The translations under genes were made by a program, and so were the position numbers. Below the pieces are notes generated by a model, which worked only from the letters and a program-made list of their open reading frames with translations, searched no databases and was not told where the DNA came from. DNA of 64,000 nucleotides from Limisphaerales bacterium (GTDB lineage: Bacteria > Verrucomicrobiota > Verrucomicrobiia > Limisphaerales > JAJOIW01), in contig CBFHOE010000011.1 in the NCBI GenBank assembly GCA_965657355.1, forward strand, positions 1 through 64,000, given 5' to 3'. This document shows, piece by piece, positions 59,932 through 64,000 of the stretch (positions are counted from its first letter, which is position 1; the number at the start of each line of letters is the position of its first letter).

Positions 59932-61872
59932 TTATTGGTTATTGTTATCAGATGAAAGGTTATTTTCATCGATAGTTTTTGAAGCCTCCTCCTTTTCGGG
60001 TTCGTCAGAATCATGATGGGTGGGTGTGTCAGAGGCAGCTTCAGAAGCAGTGCTTGATTCTTGCCCTTCAGTTGGACTTTCCGACTTTGAGGATTGAGTG
60101 ACTTGCTCCTGCGAGGAAGTGGATTCGGATCCTCTTTGGTCAGTGTCTTGGCTGGATTTATCAGCATCTAAAGCCTTCCCACCTTGAGGCGCTGAATCAG
60201 GAGCTTTCTTCTCCCCTCCATTATCAGTCTCACCACCTTGAGAATCCACATTCTCAGCTGAAGAAGCCTGAGGCTGTGCCTTTTCTTTTTGCTTTTTCTC
60301 CTTCTGATCGCCTTTCTGATCTTTTGTTCGGGAAGGTTTCACTTCCGGTTTTTTAGCCACCTCAAGTATCCCTGAAGCAAATTCGATAACGTTTCCTTGG
60401 TAAAGCAACCAATGAAGATCACCAATAATTGTTTTCTGAATGGGCGTTGGCTCAGACTTGGCCTTGAGCTGATCTTGATCATTCGAAGTTTCTGCGTCAG
60501 GATTTGTAGCATCTTCTCCAGGTTCCGAAGCAGATTCTGGCTCGGCTGGCGCTACTGCATCCGAAGCAGCTTTTATGTCAGAGGTTGTCCCCTTCTCTGC
60601 ATCCACTGCGTAGGATTCAGAAAGATTGTCAATGAGCTGTTTCCGATTACATCCCTGGTGCTCGTTGATGAACTGTATTATTTTTCGAATTCCAGACTTA
60701 ACGCTTGTTTTGTCCAGATCAAGATAGTGCGGGCGGCTAACACATACATGGGTAACCGATTTATTAACTTTGAAAAATTGTAACCCCTTAGACGATAGCT
60801 GCTGGCTAAGCAAATGAACTACTTTTAATGGAAACCTTTTTTGGTCTTGAAGGCGGACTCTTATTAGTCGCCGGAGACTAGGGCATGAGCATTCCGCAGC
60901 TTCCTTTCCTTTCACCAAATGAGAAGAAGTTTCGTGAATTAGGTTATCTTTGTGATTTTCATTGAAGTGCTCCAACACTTCAGACCAACTATTAAGTTCC
61001 AAAGATTCAGGAGAATTTAATACCTTGTATGTCGTGACAAAACTTTGCTCATCTAACCACTTCTTAACGGTCTCTTCATCCCTAACTATCTTTACCCTTG
61101 ATTTAAATCGGTCAAATGACATTTTCCTGGAAAATCTGTCATTGTATAATTTCCTCAACTGATTCTGATAATCATGATAATTTGGAGGACCTAAAATCAC
61201 TCCGCTTATTCCGCATTGCCCGACGAATGTGTAGGTGCCTTTCGGCGGTTCAGCCTCAGTCTTTACTGTTTCATAAAACGTGCCTAGATGTTTTTTCAGG
61301 AGGTAATCTGAGGCATCCGACTCACTCAACCAAACCGTGCCATCCAGGGCACATGTGTAGAGTTTTTGCTCAACCTCATCGCTGCCCTTTTTCTTAACGG
61401 TAGTCAATTTCACAGAATAGCGCTCAGGTTTTTCCAGAATCATGTGGGCGATGCTGAAAAGAGGATATGCTCGAGCAGTGAGTTTAATTTGCTCTGTCAG
61501 TGATTTGGATATCGCCTCATCAGCGAAAAAAGCGACATCGATATCAATAAGAGGTTCGGCTTCTCTTCGTGGACCTCTTTGGCCCCCGCCTGGTCTACGA
61601 TCAGGTCTTCGACCTCCTCTGTTGCCTCTATCTTGCCTTTGACCTTGACCTCTTTCACCCGTATCAGATGATTTTCTTACTTTTTGACTACTTGATCTCT
61701 TTGGACGCCTGTCGGATCCGCCTTTTCGAGGCACTCGCTGGCGTCCCCCATCGGATTCATCTCTGCCAGAAAAATTTTCATAAATGTTCTTGTTTGATCC
61801 CTGCTTTGCCCAATCTGGGAGAAAATGAAGGCTTAGATCTAAGTCTGAGTTTTGATTCTGATTATCGCTCAT
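59932..61872 (-). CDS. Hypothetical protein with disordered R/G-rich N-terminus and acidic C-terminal tail
   Basis: 646-aa ORF with a folded-looking core (GPPNYHDYQ, DLHWLLYQGNVIEFASG). Confidence 0.8.
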   Translation of the reverse strand: MSDNQNQNSDLDLSLHFLPDWAKQGSNKNIYENFSGRDESDGGRQRVPRKGGSDRRPKRSSSQKVRKSSDTGERGQGQRQDRGNRGGRRPDRRPGGGQRGPRREAEPLIDIDVAFFADEAISKSLTEQIKLTARAYPLFSIAHMILEKPERYSVKLTTVKKKGSDEVEQKLYTCALDGTVWLSESDASDYLLKKHLGTFYETVKTEAEPPKGTYTFVGQCGISGVILGPPNYHDYQNQLRKLYNDRFSRKMSFDRFKSRVKIVRDEETVKKWLDEQSFVTTYKVLNSPESLELNSWSEVLEHFNENHKDNLIHETSSHLVKGKEAAECSCPSLRRLIRVRLQDQKRFPLKVVHLLSQQLSSKGLQFFKVNKSVTHVCVSRPHYLDLDKTSVKSGIRKIIQFINEHQGCNRKQLIDNLSESYAVDAEKGTTSDIKAASDAVAPAEPESASEPGEDATNPDAETSNDQDQLKAKSEPTPIQKTIIGDLHWLLYQGNVIEFASGILEVAKKPEVKPSRTKDQKGDQKEKKQKEKAQPQASSAENVDSQGGETDNGGEKKAPDSAPQGGKALDADKSSQDTDQRGSESTSSQEQVTQSSKSESPTEGQESSTASEAASDTPTHHDSDEPEKEEASKTIDENNLSSDNNNQ

Positions 61873-62112
61873 GGCGTGTAATAAATAAGAGCTTCCTTGT
61901 ACGGAAGTGTTTGGCTTTTAGGGCAACAAATTTCAGAAATGCCCTACTACCAAATCAAATAATAAATTTAATCGACTGACAATCGCTTTCTGCGTCGATG
62001 AGAACAATTTCAATACCAAAGTGCGAAAGTATTACTTTGTCTACTGCTCTAAAAAACGAGACAAAATTTTACAAAATGCGGTTGGCTATTACGAAAAATA
62101 TTTCGATGTTGG

Positions 62113-62144
62113 AAAAGAAAAACCTCCCCAATTTTTGGAGAGGC
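62113..62144 (-). terminator. Intrinsic terminator
   Basis: Minus strand GCCTCTCCAA-aaa-TTGGGGAGGT followed by TTTTCTTTT, just after the stop at 62171. Confidence 0.75.
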
Positions 62145-62170
62145 TTTTTGGGAGGTTTAGAAATTTGAAT

Positions 62171-63004
62171 TTATGATCCTGCCCCGTAGCGGTTAGAATC
62201 AGTTCCTACTTCGGTGTCACCAGAACCTTTTTCTGTGAGCGGTTGGCTAGCTTTTTCGTTTGCCGCATCAAGCTCTTTTTGCGCATCGGAGATAGCTTGA
62301 TTTAAGGCTGTTAAAGCTTCTGCTATAGTTGAATAGCCATTTAATTCTTTATACTCGTTGAGAGTATTACCGTTCTCGTTGTATTGTTGAAGATCAGCGA
62401 GTTTTAGTTCGGCAGTGGACTGCTCGATTGTTCCACCGGTAGTTGAGATGGCTCCACCAGCAATGATGGTTACGGCGTTTGGAAAGCGTGAGAACAAAAC
62501 TTTTCCAGCAGCAGGAATTCTATTGGCAATTGCACCAGCGATGTAGTTTTTGGAAGCAGGAGCAACTTTGACGAGAAGTTCGGTCATTTCAACAGCCTTA
62601 GGAGCCGTAAGTTTTGCTGAACCGGAGACATGGTAAGCAACATCGGTCGCAAGCCCTGGAATGATTTGAGCGACCCTAACAGCAATTAATTTTGCCTGGT
62701 TAGGTGATAGCTTTGCAGCTACTGCAGCTATTTTAGGGCCTATTTGCGGGACAGCCCGTGTAATAGATATTACAGCGGGGACGAGTGCACTTTCGTTTTG
62801 CACAGCAATAGTGCGTATGACTTTAACTGCTGCATCAAGGCGAACACCTTCTTCAGCGGTAAGGACCGACTTAACAGCAAATGCCGGGATTTCAACGGCT
62901 GGTATGCTGTCAAGTTGCTGAGATAATGTTGGAGCAGCTTGTAATTGTGACACGGCGACAACGATGGTGGCCGCTATCAATGATACTTTGGACTTAATTT
63001 TCAT
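62171..63004 (-). CDS. Secreted Ala-rich helical-repeat protein of unknown function
   Basis: Signal peptide MKIKSKVSLIAATIVVAVSQLQA and 14-15 aa Pro-punctuated repeats. Start set at ATG 63004. Confidence 0.75.
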   Translation of the reverse strand: MKIKSKVSLIAATIVVAVSQLQAAPTLSQQLDSIPAVEIPAFAVKSVLTAEEGVRLDAAVKVIRTIAVQNESALVPAVISITRAVPQIGPKIAAVAAKLSPNQAKLIAVRVAQIIPGLATDVAYHVSGSAKLTAPKAVEMTELLVKVAPASKNYIAGAIANRIPAAGKVLFSRFPNAVTIIAGGAISTTGGTIEQSTAELKLADLQQYNENGNTLNEYKELNGYSTIAEALTALNQAISDAQKELDAANEKASQPLTEKGSGDTEVGTDSNRYGAGS

Positions 63005-63179
63005 ATTTTTTATTTTCAAATTGAACCTAAACCTCCAGCTGCGACTGCGGAAGAGACTGATCAACAACCTTCACGATAGCCGACTATAGAGTCAGTCAGG
63101 GAATTTGCAATCCTAATATTTTATTTTTTTTAGGGTCGAAAAATCTCCGACTCGTGTAATATGTGCAATAAGCAACATC

Positions 63180-63749
63180 TTGTCTATGGTAAAATCGGAA
63201 GTTTTAAAAATTTTTAAAGAGACAAAAGCCTTGATGGAAGGTCATTTTGTTCTGCGCAGCGGACTTCGCAGCCGCCAATATTTTCAGTGTGCGCTAGCAT
63301 TGCAGGAAATGCCAATAGTTGAAAAATTAGTTTCAGCCTTGATAGAGAAGTGGAATCCCGTGAATGTTGATACGATTGTTGCACCCGCAATGGGTGGCTT
63401 GGTCTTAGGCCAGGAAGTCGCTCGGCAACTGAAAAAAAGATTCATTTTTGTTGAAAAAATGGATGACAAGCTGGCAATGAGACGCGGATTTAAGCTATCT
63501 GAAAGGGAAAAGGTGTTGGTTGTTGAGGATGTTGTCACTCGCGGAGGAAGGGTTCGTGAGACGCTGGATATTGTCAAAACCCACGGCGGAAATACGGTCG
63601 GCGTTCTCGTCTTGGTCGACCGAAGTGATGGCAAAGTCGATCTAAGCTACCCCATGACGAGCCTGCTCGAAATGTCAGTGGAAACTTTTGAGCCCGACAA
63701 TCTGCCCGAGGATCTGAGGCATATTTCTCCCTCTAAGCCAGGGAGTTAA
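63180..63749 (+). CDS. pyrE: Orotate phosphoribosyltransferase
   Basis: GHFVLRSG, APAMGG, PRPP motif VVEDVVTRGG and VDRS. Confidence 0.95.
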   Translation: MSMVKSEVLKIFKETKALMEGHFVLRSGLRSRQYFQCALALQEMPIVEKLVSALIEKWNPVNVDTIVAPAMGGLVLGQEVARQLKKRFIFVEKMDDKLAMRRGFKLSEREKVLVVEDVVTRGGRVRETLDIVKTHGGNTVGVLVLVDRSDGKVDLSYPMTSLLEMSVETFEPDNLPEDLRHISPSKPGS

Positions 63750-63823
63750 TTATTTTGGATGGAATAGCAAATTGACCCACTCGACATGAGCGAGAGGAAA
63801 AATAAAAGAATAGTTTCATTATC

Positions 63824-64000
63824 ATGGGATTTGATTCATTTGAAGATTTTGTAGGCGAACTAGATCGACGGGGCGAGTTGATCAGGATCTCAGAGCAAGT
63901 CGCCACAGAATTAGAAATTACAGAGCTCAGCGAGCGAGAGATGCTCGAAACGGGCGGAGGTAAAGCCCTGCTTTTTGAAAAGCCGACAATCAACGGTAAA
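63824..64000 (+). CDS. UbiD family decarboxylase, 5' fragment running off the window
   Basis: Not in the ORF track. My translation MGFDSFEDFVGELDRRGELIRISEQVATELEITELSEREMLETGGGKALLFEKPTINGK matches the UbiD N-terminal pattern (GELxRI...LEI...ALLFE). Confidence 0.85.
   Translation, partial: MGFDSFEDFVGELDRRGELIRISEQVATELEITELSEREMLETGGGKALLFEKPTINGK

Noticed and set aside
63733..63993. 86-aa minus-strand ORF
   Set aside because: It is the antisense shadow of the UbiD-family gene starting at 63824.

Overview
Gene-dense bacterial chromosomal segment. Gene content suggests Verrucomicrobiota, probably a Pedosphaera/Limisphaera-like lineage (inference from large Ig/PA14/LamG exported proteins with a C-terminal F[F/Y]R motif, DUF1080, a PF14100-like protein and a MoxR/vWA/DUF4159 cluster). 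Most genes are housekeeping: lptF/G-type permease, amtB-glnB, an Rrf2 regulator, glgC, slyX, a pgsA-like gene, gltX, dinG, ilvB, hflKC, a carB half, nadC-birA-coaX, trpA, sufE, pyrE and the 5' end of a UbiD-family gene. I saw no rRNA, tRNA, CRISPR array, transposase or integrase. The most notable signals are outside the ORF track or unusual in architecture: (1) a complete ribosome-dependent attenuator before ilvB with a valine-only leader peptide (MKDVVVRFVVVDVVVD); (2) tandem NrdR-box-like palindromes 32 bp apart with no ribonucleotide reductase gene nearby; (3) a stand-alone C-terminal half of CarB; (4) a six-gene TPR-zincin/DUF4159/MoxR/DUF58/BatA-vWA/coiled-coil operon of unknown function; (5) a C-terminal putative sorting domain shared by two giant exported proteins; (6) a sigma54 promoter for amtB; (7) a loop-less perfect 54-bp palindrome; (8) a candidate structured 5' leader and a G11 tract upstream of the PA14/LamG protein. 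All family calls come from motif recognition by eye, not database searches.
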